From a virus (lineage: Duplodnaviria; Caudoviricetes): DNA of 25,830 nucleotides. Shown here in pieces: positions 24,530-25,830 of the stretch; within the stretch, counting starts at the first letter, position 1; every line of letters begins with the position of its first letter. The stretch covers positions 1-25,830 of IMG/VR virus record IMGVR_UViG_3300037478_000095; one strand, given 5' to 3'. The position numbers and the translations under genes were made by a program. The notes below the pieces were generated by a model, which saw nothing but the letters and a program-made list of their open reading frames with translations, was not told the DNA's origin and searched no databases.

Positions 24530-24912
24530 GCGTCCCGAACGACCCCACCACGCAGACCGAGATGGAGCGCGGCAAGCGAATCGCCCGATATGTGATCTGG
24601 AGCCTGGCCCTGTTCGTCGTAATCGTTGTGGCACTGTCATCGCTAGGCGGTGGCGGTGACGAGGAACAGTTCTCCGAGGGAGATGCTCGCGTCATGTGCG
24701 AGGACTTCGTCAAAGACCGGCTCAAGTCGCCCGGCACCGCCAGCTTTACCCGCCCGACAGTGACATCGGCCGGCGTGAACACGTGGCGAGTGGATGGCTC
24801 CGTGGACGCTGAAAACAGCTTCGGCGGTACTGTTCGAACCGACTTCCAATGCACCGTGCGCGGTGAAGATGGCGTCGCGACGTTGGTGGACCTACAGCAT
24901 CAGGAGCGCTAG
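24526..24912 (+). CDS. single-pass membrane protein with an extracytoplasmic two-Cys domain
   Basis: TM YVIWSLALFVVIVVAL, then C..FVKDRLKSPGTASF...VDAENSFGG.VR..FQC; ATGA overlap with the Arc gene. Confidence 0.8.
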   Translation: MSVPNDPTTQTEMERGKRIARYVIWSLALFVVIVVALSSLGGGGDEEQFSEGDARVMCEDFVKDRLKSPGTASFTRPTVTSAGVNTWRVDGSVDAENSFGGTVRTDFQCTVRGEDGVATLVDLQHQER

Positions 24913-25325
24913 AGCCGCTTGAACACCGCGTCGATGGCGGACTGGACGCCGCGCACAGCCGCGTCCTCGTGCTGACGCACCGCCGGCACTAGGCCTGGTC
25001 GCTGCTGCTGCTCCACCCACACGTCACGGCCGAACACCGGGTGCCGGAACGTGCCGCCGCGCTGACCGATACCCTCATATGCTCTGGCGTGCGGCGCCTT
25101 TTGGGCATTGATCACAACTTGCACAGCCGAGCCGGTGCCAAAGCGCACGCGGACGCTGATTGCATCCGGGATTCTGGTCGACCATGAGAAGTTCACCCGC
25201 GCCGTCGACGCGATTAGCTCACCCGCGTCAATGATGTTCCGCCGCAGCTCCGGGCGGAGCTCAGTCGGCACGTCCCGCAGTTGCAGCGAGAACGCCAGAA
25301 CCTCCGACCCGTCGATGGTCAGCAT
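24909..25325 (-). CDS. HK97 gp10-like tail completion protein
   Basis: position; WSTRIP...APHARAYE...FRHPVFG...W pattern. Confidence 0.7.
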   Translation of the reverse strand: MLTIDGSEVLAFSLQLRDVPTELRPELRRNIIDAGELIASTARVNFSWSTRIPDAISVRVRFGTGSAVQVVINAQKAPHARAYEGIGQRGGTFRHPVFGRDVWVEQQQRPGLVPAVRQHEDAAVRGVQSAIDAVFKRL

Positions 25326-25774
25326 CAGATGTAGGCAATGTAGGAGACGGTGAACGCCAGACCCACCGAGGCGCCCTCGTTGGCGTCCTGGTGCTGGGTC
25401 AGCGTCATGTTCGGCCCGATGGATATTTCGTCCGCACCCAGCCCGGTGTCGTCGTCGCGGATTGCCTCTTCCAGCTGGGCCAGGATCTCGGCGGCCCGCT
25501 CACGCACCGGTTCGATCGTGGTGTCGCCGTGCCCGACCGCGATGTAGCAGGCGATCTCGCCGTCCTCGATCATCCGCCCGACCATGTCCTCGTCGCGACG
25601 GCGGGCCACCGCGTGCCGGTCGATGAACGGCGCCCAGCCGACCAGCAGCAGTTCCATCCCGCTCGGCTTGTATGGTGCGGGTCCGTCGAACACCGTCACC
25701 CCGGTCAGCGTCGACTCGGCCAAACCGACCAGCGCCAAGGCCACCTCGTGGCCCCGGAAGGACGCCGGCTGCAT
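25325..25774 (-). CDS. tail terminator-like protein
   Basis: VTVFDGP...LLVGW...LEEAIRDD..LG pattern and position upstream of the tube gene. Confidence 0.65.
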   Translation of the reverse strand: MQPASFRGHEVALALVGLAESTLTGVTVFDGPAPYKPSGMELLLVGWAPFIDRHAVARRRDEDMVGRMIEDGEIACYIAVGHGDTTIEPVRERAAEILAQLEEAIRDDDTGLGADEISIGPNMTLTQHQDANEGASVGLAFTVSYIAYI

Positions 25775-25830
25775 CAGGCCAGCCCGAACTTGTTATACGG
25801 CCGGGTCAACTCCATCGCCCGGCGCGGCAG
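25774..25830 (-). CDS. 3' end of a probable head-tail connector (...LPRRAMELTRPYNKFGLA*)
   Basis: TGATG overlap at 25774; PxRAxELxxPY ending is typical of adaptor proteins. Confidence 0.5.
   Translation of the reverse strand: MPRRAMELTRPYNKFGLA

Noticed and set aside
24383-24912. Arc plus downstream gene as a type II toxin-antitoxin pair
   Set aside because: The partner is membrane-anchored with an extracytoplasmic domain and has no PIN, RelE, HicA or Doc motif.

Overview
A GC-rich actinobacterial temperate siphovirus genome segment. Phage genes flank the integrase on both sides, so this is probably the free (attP) configuration or a prophage interior. Left to right: leftward early genes (micro-ORFs, ParB-like, HTH, Cro/Xis-like); a divergent switch into a repressor ending in an ssrA-like tail, a Zn-finger gene and an arm-less tyrosine integrase, the layout of integration-dependent immunity; then a rightward accessory block. 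That block holds the most unusual element: a 48-aa peptide missing from the ORF track that is little more than a sortase signal (LPRTG-TM-basic tail), coupled to a hyaluronan-synthase/NodC-like processive GT2 behind a structured leader. From about 7.1 kb the minus strand carries the late operon, read right to left: head-tail genes, tail tube, frameshifted tail chaperones, tape measure with an M23 peptidase, Dit, a PhoD phosphatase fused to the baseplate hub, minor tails, amidase endolysin and holins, then Gly/Ala/Tyr-repeat LamG/FN3 proteins. An antisense Arc regulator plus membrane protein cassette interrupts the tail genes. All family calls come from motifs recognised by eye; no searches were run.
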